A DNA stretch of 64,000 nucleotides from Candidatus Spongiisociaceae bacterium (GCA_965262915.1 OZ253564.1:704001-768000); one strand, 5' to 3'. Positions 31,786 through 42,047 are shown, counted from the first letter of the stretch. Notes: generated from the letters alone by a model not told the origin. Translations and numbers: made by a program.

Positions 31786-32054
31786 CCCTCCTCGACCACG
31801 AGAATGGACGTGACCACGCCACTCCATTCGCGTACCAAGGAGAAACTGCGGAGGAGGAGCCGCACTTCGTCGGTGTACGAATCAGGATCGAACATGAGCG
31901 ATCTTGCACCGGATGGCATCGAAGAGGGTTCTTCTCGGGACGGGTGGCGGAGCCACGCGCTCGTGGACCTTCCTCGCAGGCGCCGCTCCCGCCGTCCTGC
32001 TGTTTGCGATTCCGGCACGGGAGGACTCGCCTTGTGACTCCCCGACCGTGGTAC

Positions 32055-32236
32055 CCGAAGGCCTCTTCCTTCACAGCAACCGGCTGACGGGTCTCATACC
32101 GGCGGAACTCGGCGAACTCTCCAAGCTCTCCTTCCTGGATCTGGGCGGAAACTCGTTCATGGGATCGATACCACCGCAGTTGGGGAGGCTTCCGAGTTGA
32201 CTTATCTGGTCATCCATGGCACCGACCTGGCGGGCC
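32055..32236 (+). pseudogene. Leucine-rich-repeat gene fragment (plant-type LRR consensus)
   Basis: LFLHSNRLTGLIPAELGELSKLSFLDLGGNSFMGSIPPQLGRLPS, then LTYLVIHGTDLAG after a frameshift. Confidence 0.75.
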
Positions 32237-33766
32237 AACATCGCCAGGATCGAATCCGACGACGACAACTTCCAGGATCTCTACTCGGTGAAAGTCACCA
32301 CCTACCGGGCTATCCGCAAGCTCTACGAGTTGGGGGTGACCACCGGGACCTCGGCCTCCACTTTCTCGCCGGACGGACGGGTGAGCCGGGCCCAGATGGC
32401 GGTATTCATCGCCCGGATGCTGGCTCACACCAACGCCCGCCCGGCCGGCCTCACGGTCCAGATCGCGGGCACCGAGGTTTTCGAGAACTCTGATGTCCGC
32501 CTGTCGGTGACCCTGCGCGACCCGGGCCACCGGCCTTTCGAGGACAGGGAGGTGGACATCTTCACCGCTACCGACCCCGCCAAGGCCTTCGACCAGAACG
32601 GTGTGTGCACGGACCATGTCGCGCCCGCCCTGGGCAGCAGCGCCTGTGCCATCGACGTGTCGGACAAGACCACTGACAGCCTGGGCAACCTGGAGGCCGA
32701 CATCGCGGTGGGGGATGTCGAAGGTCTTCGCATCTGGGTGTGGACGGACGAGAGCGGCAAGCTGTTCGACGAGGACAGTGCGGAACCCGTGGTGGTCGAC
32801 ATCACGACCCGAAGCGGCGCTTCCGCTCTGGAAGTCTCCGATGACCTCCCGCCCACTGCCATGAAGGTGCAGTTCGGGGACTCGGTCACCTTCACCTTCC
32901 GGATGATCGATGACGATGGCGATCCTATAGCCCGCTCGGGTGTCAGCTTCACCGTCCAGGTCCGGGAGTCGCGGGACAACGGGCGCAGTTTCGAGCCGAC
33001 GACCATCAGCAAGCAGACCGGTCCGGACGGCGGGACCCAGCTCACTTTCCGGTTCACGGATCCATCGCCGGATCCGGGCGACATCGCCAAGCTCGATCTC
33101 GACATCCGGAACAGCAGCGGGTTCAAGGTCGAGGATGAAACCACCATCGGGATGGTGGAGGACGACAGGAGCCGTGACGATCCCTTCCTGGACTGGGCGG
33201 ACGGGCGGGCCGAGCCCACGACCCTGGAACTCAGCCTCACCAAGGAGTACCGGACCGCCTCGTCGGACGGCGCCGGTGCGGCTTCCACCGTTAGGGCCGG
33301 TCTCACCGATCAGTACGGTGGTCCGGTAGCCCGAGAGAACATCGTGTTCACATCCAACGACAGGAACGGGGTTCCGAGCGGGGTACGCCGCCTTACCAAC
33401 CGGCAGGGTGTCGCCAGCCTCAACTACCTGCGAGACTTCACCGGAAGGGGTGTAGAGACGATCACCGCCAGGTTCAAGCGCCTCAGCACCACAGCTCGCC
33501 AATACTGGATAGCGCCCATATCCGGCACTGCCGACGGGTCGGGCAGCGTCCGTGTCGTGGACACCGACAACAACACCATCGTCGTGGCCGACGGCAACGA
33601 CGCCTTCCTGATCGAGTACGACGGCAACGATCACTACCAGGTCGACGCCGAACCGGTCACCGTAGCCAACTTCGAAGCAAAACTGACTGTCGGCGACACC
33701 CTCGCCTACGAGATCGTCGGCCCCGGCGAGGCCGCCGTCAACAACTTCAACCTCACCGATCGGTAG
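32237..33766 (+). pseudogene. 5'-truncated SLH protein, close duplicate of 29707-31785
   Basis: Begins just before the third SLH; no signal peptide; long near-identical stretches shared with the upstream paralog. Confidence 0.82.
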
Positions 33767-33798
33767 GCCAGGTGCCAGACACCCCAGGAGCGTAAATG

Positions 33799-35034
33799 TC
33801 AAGCTGCGGCTCGGTCGATGGTGGTTCGGTGTGCCCATGCGGTGTGTTCGTTGTAGGGGGTTTGGTGTTTGAGGCAGCCGTGGAGGATGCCGACGAGTCG
33901 GTTGGCGAGGGCTCGGAGTGCTTGGTGGTGGAGGTCGTCGGCTGCTCGGCGTTTGTCGTAGAAGGCTCGGGCTCCTGGACTGTTCTTTAGGGAACAGAAC
34001 GCCCATTGGTCCAGGGCGTTGGGGAGACGCCGGTTACGGACCTGGCGAGCCAGGACAGCGTGCTTGCGGCCTGACGCCACTGTGATGGGCGACGTGCCGG
34101 CGTAGTTCGTGGGGGACTTGGCGCTGGTGTAACGGTCGGGGTCGTCCCCGAACTCACCGAGCGCCCGGGCGCCGAGCACAGTACCGAGTCCTGGCTGAGA
34201 CAGGTAGATGTCGGCGTCCGGGTGTTCTCTAAAACGGGTCTCGAGGGTTGCTTGGAGGTCTGCGATCTGGCGGTTGGTTTCCACAATGAGTTTCACCAGT
34301 GCCCCAACAGTCGCCCCGAAGGCGTCCGCGACCGGCCCCGGCGCGGTGAGATGGCGGGTACGGAGACCTTTCTGTATGCGGCGGGCAACCTTGTCGAGGT
34401 TGCGTCGCCGTCCGCCCCTCTGTAGCGCTGCTCGGATCTGGGGCAGTGTCAGGCGGGCGCCCAGGATTGGGGTGGGTGCCCGACCGAGTATGGCCACAGC
34501 GTCGCGATGGGCCAGGTCATCGAAGGTTTCCAGCGCTGCGGGATAGTACTCGCGCAGGGCGTTGCGGACTTGGTTGGTGTGACGCGTCCGAGCCCAGATC
34601 AGGTTCTGATGCGTTCTGGCCATGATCTTGATCGCGTCTGATTCGGGGCTGTCACCGGCCACCGAACGATGGTTGTGACGGTCGGTGCGTACCAAATCAG
34701 CTAACACCTTGGCATCACCGCGGTCTGATTTCGCTCCGCCCAGGCTGTGACGGTCCCGGTAGCGGGACACAGCCCTAGGATTGATCGCATACACCAAATA
34801 GCCCGCTGCGATGAGCGCACCCACCCACAGCCCACGATCGGTCTCGATCCCTACCACCACCTCAGCTGCATCCGATGCGTGTTCGGCGACCAACTGGTGG
34901 AAGCGGGCTATACCTTGGATCCCTTCCGGGAGACGGGCGAAACCCAGCCGGGTCCCATCCTCGTCCATCAGATACACATCATGGTGGCCCTCAGCCCAGT
35001 CGTTACCCACAAATATCATCCCTTCCTCCTTCAA
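33799..35034 (-). CDS. IS110 recombinase, open frame
   Basis: GNDWAE, GIETD, KSDRGDA, AGTSPITVASG and ALRALANRL motifs. Confidence 0.93.
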   Translation of the reverse strand: MKEEGMIFVGNDWAEGHHDVYLMDEDGTRLGFARLPEGIQGIARFHQLVAEHASDAAEVVVGIETDRGLWVGALIAAGYLVYAINPRAVSRYRDRHSLGGAKSDRGDAKVLADLVRTDRHNHRSVAGDSPESDAIKIMARTHQNLIWARTRHTNQVRNALREYYPAALETFDDLAHRDAVAILGRAPTPILGARLTLPQIRAALQRGGRRRNLDKVARRIQKGLRTRHLTAPGPVADAFGATVGALVKLIVETNRQIADLQATLETRFREHPDADIYLSQPGLGTVLGARALGEFGDDPDRYTSAKSPTNYAGTSPITVASGRKHAVLARQVRNRRLPNALDQWAFCSLKNSPGARAFYDKRRAADDLHHQALRALANRLVGILHGCLKHQTPYNEHTAWAHRTTIDRAAA

Positions 35035-35039
35035 CGGGG

Positions 35040-35255
35040 ATCGATCCTTGCCGAGCTGTAGAACACGCCTGGCGGCGACCTAATGGATCAGTGCTCTGTG
35101 GCACGCCACCCCATGAGCGCTACAAGCGGCCCTCGCGAACCGGCCGGGGTACGATCTGGCACTAGGAATCAGCGTTCCGGGTGCCACCAGTACTCACCGG
35201 CCAGCCAGCTCAACCACCACACCCTCCCAGACAAACCAGCAGAAGTGGTGGACCC
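35040..35255 (-). ncRNA. Putative bridge RNA of IS110-D
   Basis: Target guides TGGCACC (35180-35186) and GTGCCAG (35156-35162); donor guides TGGGGTG and CCATTAG match the element ends. Confidence 0.85.
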
Positions 35256-35396
35256 CCATTAGGTGTCAGGTGTCGGTTGCCAGGTGTCGGTTGCTGTTGA
35301 CGATCATCAAGTACGGTGGATTTCGCCCCGGATCCCTTGGAACCAACCCTCTAGTATGGAGGTCGTGCTTGTACCTGCGGCAGAAGGGGTGATGGA

Positions 35397-36857
35397 GTGA
35401 GGGCTGTGCGGGTTGCGGGGGCGCTGGTCATGGTGGTGTCTGTTCTGACGCCGGGAACCTGGGATGTGGTGGAGGCTCAGACGACGGTAGCTGGTTTGTG
35501 CGACGCGGGGTCGGTGGCACAGTTCAGTGATGTGGGTGCGGGTGATTATGGAGCGGAGTACACAAAGTGTATGAGAGCGTTGGGTTTGTCGCTTGGTAGA
35601 GGCGACGGGTCTTATGGGCCTGACTTGGAACTGACGCGGGCGCAGATGGCCTCGTTCTTGGTGCGGCTCTGGGAGGACGTGTTAAGGAAGCAGTGCCCGA
35701 AGGCTGTGGATGCGCCGTTCACTGATGTGGCTGGTAATACCCACGAGGAGAGTATTGGCTGCTTGTACGGTCTGGATATCACCAAGGGTACGACGGCGGT
35801 GACCTATGGGCCGGGTGAGAAACTGAAAGTTACCCAGATTTCACTGTTCCTGGTTCGTGTCTACGAAAAGGCCGGAAACCGCTGCGGCGTTGCGGGCGAT
35901 GGCCTTGAGCGGGCGGTGGCATGCCTGGCTACGTTGAGGGTTATACCGTCGGAGTCTGAAGGCAGCAGCCTCGGGTTCGTGACCAGAGACCAGATGGCCG
36001 TGTACATGGTCGGGTTGTGGCACAACATGGTCGGCCGGGGTCTACCGCCACGACCACCGGCAAGGCCGGCCGACGGCACCTACACCACCGTATCGGCCGG
36101 TCGGTATCACTCGTGCGGTCTACTCTCTGACGGGACCATCGAATGCTGGGGCAACAACGAATCAGATCAGCTGAACGCTCCCGATGGGCGGTACCTCTCC
36201 GTATCGGCCGGTGGGGACCATTCGTGCGGTGTGCGCTCTGACGGGGCTATCAGATGCTGGGGTGACAACGATGATGGCAAGTTGAGTGTGCCTGCAGGGG
36301 AGTACAGTTCCGTATCGGCTGGCGGGGACCATTCGTGCGGTCTGGGTTCTGACGGGAGTATTGAATGCTGGGGCAGCAACGACTCCGGCCAGGTGAACGC
36401 CCCCCGCGGTGAGTACCTCTCCGTATCGGCCGGGGGGGACCATACCTGCGGTCTACGCTCTCACGGTCGCGTCAGATGCTGGGGTGACAACGATGACGGC
36501 CAGGTGAGAGACCCAGCAGGGGAGTTCATTTCCGTATCGGCCGGCAGGTTCCATTCGTGCGGTGTGCGCCCTGACGGGAGCGTCGAATGCTGGGGCAGCA
36601 ACGAATTCGGTCAGGCGACCCCTCCCGGTGGGCGGTACCTCTCCGTATCGGCCGGTGGAGACCATACCTGCGGTGTGCGCACCAACCACCTGATCAGATG
36701 CTGGGGCAACAACAAGTTCGGCCAACTAAACGCACCCGACGTGCGCTTCAACGCTGTCTCGGCCGGCAGGTTCCATACCTGCGGTGTGCGCACCAACCGC
36801 GCCATCACATGTTGGGGCAACAACCGCTTCGGCGAGGTGGACACACCCGGCGGGTAG
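35397..36857 (+). CDS. SLH + RCC1-like repeat surface protein
   Basis: SLH (LTRAQMASFL), then seven VSAG..H(S/T)CG......CWG.N repeats. Confidence 0.88.
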   Translation: MRAVRVAGALVMVVSVLTPGTWDVVEAQTTVAGLCDAGSVAQFSDVGAGDYGAEYTKCMRALGLSLGRGDGSYGPDLELTRAQMASFLVRLWEDVLRKQCPKAVDAPFTDVAGNTHEESIGCLYGLDITKGTTAVTYGPGEKLKVTQISLFLVRVYEKAGNRCGVAGDGLERAVACLATLRVIPSESEGSSLGFVTRDQMAVYMVGLWHNMVGRGLPPRPPARPADGTYTTVSAGRYHSCGLLSDGTIECWGNNESDQLNAPDGRYLSVSAGGDHSCGVRSDGAIRCWGDNDDGKLSVPAGEYSSVSAGGDHSCGLGSDGSIECWGSNDSGQVNAPRGEYLSVSAGGDHTCGLRSHGRVRCWGDNDDGQVRDPAGEFISVSAGRFHSCGVRPDGSVECWGSNEFGQATPPGGRYLSVSAGGDHTCGVRTNHLIRCWGNNKFGQLNAPDVRFNAVSAGRFHTCGVRTNRAITCWGNNRFGEVDTPGG

Positions 36858-37049
36858 TCCACCGCCTAATCGTATTTCCTCTGGTGAACCGCCACAGGTT
36901 CTTCGGAGAGTGTGGTGATACCCAAGAGCGTCCACTAGATGATCAGTTCCAAGGTTTTAGTGGTCGTATGCGATCAGGGAGCGGGCCGGGCCTGGTTGTT
37001 GGGTGGTTTGGTTGTGCCAGATGACCGCGGTGAGGACGCCTACCGCCAT

Positions 37050-37374
37050 CTGCCCATTCGGCCAGCGAGATGAGAACCACGAACAGGACCAGTATTCCTT
37101 CGATCTGATCCGCGAGGTGCAAGCTGTCGGTGGACCGGTCGGAGCTAGCTTCGGGCTTGGCGTCACCCTTGATCGGTTTGTGGATAGCGTCTATTTCGAC
37201 CGCTCGGAGCGGAACCGAGGAATCCAACCGGCCGACCTGGTCGCATTCATTATCAATCGGCACATCAGAATCCAGGACAGTCCCGGTGACAAGCGCTCGG
37301 ACTGCGCTGTGTGCAGCCTGGTGGACGACCATATCAAGTATTGGATCAAGACCTACCGGATACCTTGGCCGTAG
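37050..37374 (+). pseudogene. C-terminal fragment of a DUF3800-like protein
   Basis: DSVYFDRSERNRGIQPADLVAF matches the family's S....IQ.AD motif; the N-terminal DES motif is absent. Confidence 0.6.
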
Positions 37375-37384
37375 AAGTAGGGCT

Positions 37385-37470
37385 AGACGTCAACCGGGGC
37401 AGCCCCTTCGTGGGGCCGCCCCGGCGCTGGTTGGACCGATGCACCTCGGTGACCCAAAGCGACTTACAGC
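37385..37470 (+). ncRNA. Candidate structured RNA downstream of the DUF3800-like gene
   Basis: Hairpin CCGGGGC-A-GCCCC-TTCGT-GGGGC-C-GCCCCGG, followed by further short stems. Confidence 0.4.
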
Positions 37471-37556
37471 CTGAAAACTATCGTACAGCACTGCTGTGAC
37501 GATGTCGACAGCCCCCGGTCTGCTCTCACGCGGGCCGTATGTGAACGGCCGGAGGC

Positions 37557-37703
37557 TCGGGCAGCGTCCGTGTCGTGGACACCGACAACAACACCATCGT
37601 CGTGGTCAGCGGCAACGCCGCCTTCCTGATCGAGGACTGGCACCTGGCACCTGGCACCTGGCACCTGGCACCTGGCCGCCTAGCACCTGGCGCCTAGCAC
37701 CTG
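37557..37703 (+). repeat. ~78-bp copy of an SLH-gene 3' segment fused to a heptamer array
   Basis: 37557-37634 matches 33538-33616; (CTGGCAC)n starts at 37637. Confidence 0.8.
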
Positions 37704-38079
37704 TTGCGGGGTGTCAGGTACCAGTGGTGACTGTGATGGCGATCACCGAAGTAGCCGAACTCGCCCAAGCCGTCGCCGCACGATCCAGCCGACACCTCCC
37801 GGCGATCGTCCAAAAAAATGGGGCGACACCCGGTATTTACGACGACGCCCTCGGCGCCTTCGCCTTCCCGGGGAAAAGGCAGGCCCAGGAGCAGGAGACC
37901 CAACAGCGCAGGCGGGGCGGCCTCGGCCTCGGCTGGTGAACAGCCCGATCCCGGCCATCCTTGTCCACGCCGGTCGGGGCCCTTGATGGAAGAGGTCTCG
38001 CAGGCCGCTATCCGCTTTCCATGCCTATCGAGATATACATCGGCCTTGACTTCTGAAGTAGTTCAGGTATTGTTGGGGT

Positions 38080-38535
38080 ATGGAAGCAGTCGAGCGGACG
38101 TTTTCGGAGTTCTTACGGCAGCCCAACGATGTGGTGGCCGAGTTGGTTGAGCGCGATGTGCTACTGCGGCGGCGCAACGCGCCCACGCTCCGCTTGAGCC
38201 GGGCAGACCGCGACGAAGACCGCTCAAAAACAATCGAGGCTCTTGCCCGACTGTTGTGCAACCTTGCGACGCACAGCCCTGTTGTGCTGGGCGCGGCGGT
38301 GGGCGACGCCTTCGCTTGGACACTGTTCCTTCCCAGGCCGGATCGGGAGGTCTTCGTCGAGGAGTTGACACGGATGCTGCTCGGCGCGGCCGCGGTGGAC
38401 AATTATTCTCCGGTGACACAACTGGTACGCGAATGGAAAGCTACCGCTGAGATCCATGCCGATCCCAGACTCGCCCGTCGGCTCAGCAAGCCGCTGGAAG
38501 CGAGCGGGGACACCGTCCCAGCCCCCGCCGGCTGA
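38080..38535 (+). CDS. Putative antitoxin (Phd-like N-terminus)
   Basis: FSEFLRQPNDV..DVLLRRRNA..W..FLP..EWKATAE; lies upstream of a small toxin-like gene. Confidence 0.6.
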   Translation: MEAVERTFSEFLRQPNDVVAELVERDVLLRRRNAPTLRLSRADRDEDRSKTIEALARLLCNLATHSPVVLGAAVGDAFAWTLFLPRPDREVFVEELTRMLLGAAAVDNYSPVTQLVREWKATAEIHADPRLARRLSKPLEASGDTVPAPAG

Positions 38536-38540
38536 GGACG

Positions 38541-38886
38541 ATGCCGAAACGGCGAGAACGAGTTGCCCCACCGCCGTCGGCTAACGGTTGGGACTTGCGC
38601 TACGCGAACAGCGGCGCGGTCAAGGGATGGGAACAGATCTGCGCTGCGGCCCCGACGAACACGCGGACAGCCTGGGAGAGGACCACCCACGACCCGCGTC
38701 GGCGAGACCACCGCCAGCATCCGCTGAGAGGCTCGTTGGGTCGACGATCGGTGAACGGAACCGAGATGGAGCAGTGGCAGTACGAGGTCACCGCGGGCGG
38801 GCGGATCTGGTACTGCATCGAAGACAAGAACCAAGACGGTATGGATCACTGACGCACAAGTGGGCCACCCTAAGGCAACCGAGTAG
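38541..38886 (+). CDS. Putative RelE-like toxin (frameshift near 38830)
   Basis: RQHPLRG..QWQYEVTAGGRIWY, continuing KTVWITDAQVGHPKATE-stop in the next frame. Confidence 0.55.
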
Positions 38887-39287
38887 CCGCACCGTTCGCC
38901 GAACCCACCGTTGTTAGGGGTCACCCGAACCAGCGGCTGCTGCCAGGACTCCGACCGGAGAGGTCGACGGGCAGCCTGTTCGATGGTTCGTGGCGACGTT
39001 GCTCCTTGACGAGTTGGGGCTGTCGAGGCCCTGACCGTTTCCGGCAGAAACCGGCCCGAATCGGGGCCGAACCGCGCTCCGAGCGCTAACTAACGTAACC
39101 CAAAGGCCCAACAGCCGATTTACGGCCCGGGAGAACAACGCCATGGCCTGGAAAGCCTGACCGTCCCAGTTTTGTACGGGTTCCCTATTGGATAGCCGGT
39201 CTCTGAGCTGTTCGCTTGGTGTGTGGGGTCCGGGTCGGGTCTGGCATCGGCTTCCGGTGGGGGGAGTAGGTGTCGTAATCGGGGTCA

Positions 39288-39372
39288 TGTCGCGATGTTC
39301 GATCTGGACATCCGGAACGGGGGCGGGTTCAAGGTCAAGGATGGAACCGCCATCGGGATGGTGGAGGGCGAC
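39288..39372 (+). repeat. Diverged ~85-bp copy of an internal SLH-gene segment
   Basis: Matches ~33080-33168 (DLDIRN.GGFKV.D.T.IGMVE). Confidence 0.7.
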
Positions 39373-39389
39373 AGAACTTCGTTCACCCT

Positions 39390-39850
39390 TCAACCCGCCT
39401 TGACAGCCCCGTCCGGTGCCAGCTCACACAGAGCGATTCCCAGCGTCAGATGATCATGAGTCCGCTGATCGTCCGCACTTGCCACACGAGTCCGGGCGGT
39501 TTCGAGAAGTTGTGCCGTGGCCCTCTCCGGTAACTTCTCCTGGGCGCAAGCGAGCAGAAGTTCAGGCAGCAGCAAGTCGAAGTCAAAGTCGACGCGCTCC
39601 AACTCCAGCAAGAAATCACAGCAGTCACGACTGCTCGGGCCCCACCATGCTTCGTGCGGCTCGCACCAGCGAAGGATGGACGCGTGTATCAGCCCATCGA
39701 AATACGACCGCAGAGCCCTCCGTAGATCGAACTGCGTCCAGTACGGAGAGCCACGCGGCCTCGCCCGAATGCGAGCGGTCTGAATGGCCGATCCGACTGC
39801 GCAGAGAGCCTCGCGGCTACCCAGGCTTTGTCCGAAGTAAGAATGTGGCC
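39390..39850 (-). pseudogene. C-terminal fragment of an unidentified protein
   Basis: Protein-like composition (RSYFDGLIHASILRW..LLPELLLA); no plausible start before the repeat block. Confidence 0.4.
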
Positions 39851-39929
39851 GGAGTTCCGGATCGGAGCGCCCCAGCAGAGTTCTCCCGGCCGGAGGCACC
39901 GAGGGGACGGACAGGTCACCAACCTGTAA

Positions 39930-40226
39930 CAGGTGTCAGGTGTCAGGTGTCGGGTGTCAGTCCTTGATGATGGGTTCTGTGGCCAGCTACGGAACGGGCG
40001 AGTGGCCGACACAGATAAGGGCACCGAGAATCCTTCAGTCCCGCCAAACAGGTGCTAGGTGCCAGTACTTGATGATCGTCAACAGCACCCGACACCCGAC
40101 CCGACACCCGACACCTGGCACCTGACACCCGAGACCTGACACCCGACACCTAAAACCTGGCCCCCGGCACCTGGCACCCGATACCTGACACCTGGCACCT
40201 GACACCTGGCACCCGATACCTGACAC
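39930..40226. repeat. Composite element: (AGGTGTC)4, conserved core, short spacer, ~20 degenerate inverted heptamers ending at a stop codon
   Basis: Core is the reverse complement of 17294-17390; spacer GTACTTGATGATCGTCAACAGCA recurs inverted at ~35292-35314. Confidence 0.88.
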
Positions 40227-42047
40227 CTACTGTGCGGCGAAGTTGCGACCTCGGAGCAGGTAGCCGGCTACCTGGGCCCGGGAGTTGGAATCCCACGGGC
40301 AGAACTTCAGCGGGTCGGCCGAGCAACTGCCGGTGATCCCGGCTGCGTACGACGAGTCGATGTTCGGGGCGTGGACGGTCCGGGCGGTGTCGACGAACCC
40401 CACCGGCTCCGCCGCGGGTAGGGCGAACGCCCGCTTGAGCAAGGTGGCCATCTGCGCCCGGGTCACCTCCGTCTCGGGGCAGTACTTATCGGGATCCTCC
40501 GTGCACCCGAGCGTAACGTTCAGATCCGCAAGACGCTCGACGTAGGGTGCCCACCACACCTTGGGATCCACATCGGTGAAGCGCACCGAGGACACCGGAT
40601 CGGGATCCATCCCGTCGAGCACGCGTACGAACCACACCGCGGCTTCCCAACGGAGGAGCGGTCCACCCGGGCACAAGAGACCCTCGCTGCATCCGGTGTC
40701 TTCGAACACCCCCTCCCCGTAGAGGATACGCACAGCCCTCGTGTGCTCTCCTGCCGAGTCGAGATCCGAAAAGCTGTCCGTGTCGGTCGAATCCGGTTCC
40801 CCGCCGTTGTTGTCGCCGCCGTTGTTGTTGTTGTTGCCTCCGGCGTCGGTGCCTCCGGTGTTGGTGCCTCGGGTGTTGGTGCCTCCGCCTCCGTTGTTGG
40901 TGCTGCCTCCGTTGTTGGTGCTGCCGCCGTTGGTGTTGCCGGGGTTCTGTTCCGTGACATCGATACTTACCTCAACGGTGTCGCTTGCCAGCATGGGATC
41001 GGTGGCCTTGACCGTGACCATGTATCCGCCCGTGTCCAGGGGATGCCCGTTGGTCCTTATCTGGCCGGTATCGGGCTTTATCCGGAACGTATCGGTATCG
41101 CCGCCCTCCAGGCTGTAGGTCAGGGGGTCGTTGTCCGGATCCGAGGCTGTCACGGGGGCTCCGACAGGGCTGTCCATCCTCGCGTTCTTCGAGACCGCCC
41201 GATCGACTGACTCGGTGCCGAAATCAGGCGGCGAGTTCGACCCGTTTACGGGGTTGCCGGGTACGCGGTCCTCCGAGACAGTATGGGCACACGCCGGCTG
41301 GTAGTCGAGATTGTCATAGAAGACTTCGGGCCGCAGATAGTGCCCTGCATCTTCCGCCCTGGGTGTATAGCTGTCCGTGTAGCGTGCGACGATCGTCCAA
41401 GGGCCATCCGGGCGAACCGAGCGAGCCCACGTCCATTGCTCCCTGGTTGCGCCGGCGGGATCGTGCAGAGTAGCGGTCAACGTCACGCCCACGAGCGGAT
41501 ACAACGACTGTACCGACACCGATGGGAGCAACTCCTGGTGCGGGCGGCTCAGATCGTTGGCCGGGATTCTGAGTCCCAGGACTCCGAGGAAGGCCTTGGC
41601 GTCGGAATCGTTGTCGCGCCAGAGGCCCTCGATACCGATGACCTCGCACTGTTCGGCGTCGTTGTCGTTCCGTACGTTGATCCTGGCGTAGGCGGATGTC
41701 TCTCCGGCCGGGATGACGATCTTACGGTCATACAAGGTGTTGCCGATCGACGGCAGCGAGCTTCCGTTCGAGCCGGTGATGGTGAAGTCCGCTTGGCTGC
41801 CTTCCGTTGCCGTTCCGCGGATCGCCAGGTACACGTGCCTGTCGACCTCGTCGGGTTGGCCGTCGCCAAAAGAGAAGATCAGCTTCGCGCGACGGCCCTC
41901 ACGGAAGTCGGAGGCATCGACAAACATGTGGATATCCGGATCTTCGCCGTTGTTCTGGGCCGAGGCGGGAACCATCAGAAACAGGACGCCCGCGACAAGA
42001 GGGACGAATGCAACACTCGCCGCCTTCAGCAGACGCCCTAACTTCAT
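40227..42047 (-). CDS. Secreted Calx-beta-like/cadherin-like protein with a Gly/Asn linker and C-terminal SLH domains
   Basis: Signal peptide; ASDPDNDPLTYSL cadherin-like motif; GGSTNN linker; VTRAQMATLL. Confidence 0.82.
   Translation of the reverse strand: MKLGRLLKAASVAFVPLVAGVLFLMVPASAQNNGEDPDIHMFVDASDFREGRRAKLIFSFGDGQPDEVDRHVYLAIRGTATEGSQADFTITGSNGSSLPSIGNTLYDRKIVIPAGETSAYARINVRNDNDAEQCEVIGIEGLWRDNDSDAKAFLGVLGLRIPANDLSRPHQELLPSVSVQSLYPLVGVTLTATLHDPAGATREQWTWARSVRPDGPWTIVARYTDSYTPRAEDAGHYLRPEVFYDNLDYQPACAHTVSEDRVPGNPVNGSNSPPDFGTESVDRAVSKNARMDSPVGAPVTASDPDNDPLTYSLEGGDTDTFRIKPDTGQIRTNGHPLDTGGYMVTVKATDPMLASDTVEVSIDVTEQNPGNTNGGSTNNGGSTNNGGGGTNTRGTNTGGTDAGGNNNNNGGDNNGGEPDSTDTDSFSDLDSAGEHTRAVRILYGEGVFEDTGCSEGLLCPGGPLLRWEAAVWFVRVLDGMDPDPVSSVRFTDVDPKVWWAPYVERLADLNVTLGCTEDPDKYCPETEVTRAQMATLLKRAFALPAAEPVGFVDTARTVHAPNIDSSYAAGITGSCSADPLKFCPWDSNSRAQVAGYLLRGRNFAAQ

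Larger units (their letters stand above)
33777..35262 (-). mobile_element. IS110-D (sibling of IS110-C) inserted in a heptamer array; CT core
   Basis: Junctions CCTGACAC[CT]AATGG and GGGGTGT[CT]GGCACC; same ends as IS110-C. Confidence 0.93.

Noticed and set aside
20274-40226. Repeat blocks as CRISPR arrays
   Set aside because: The units are contiguous 7-mers without unique spacers, and no cas genes are present.
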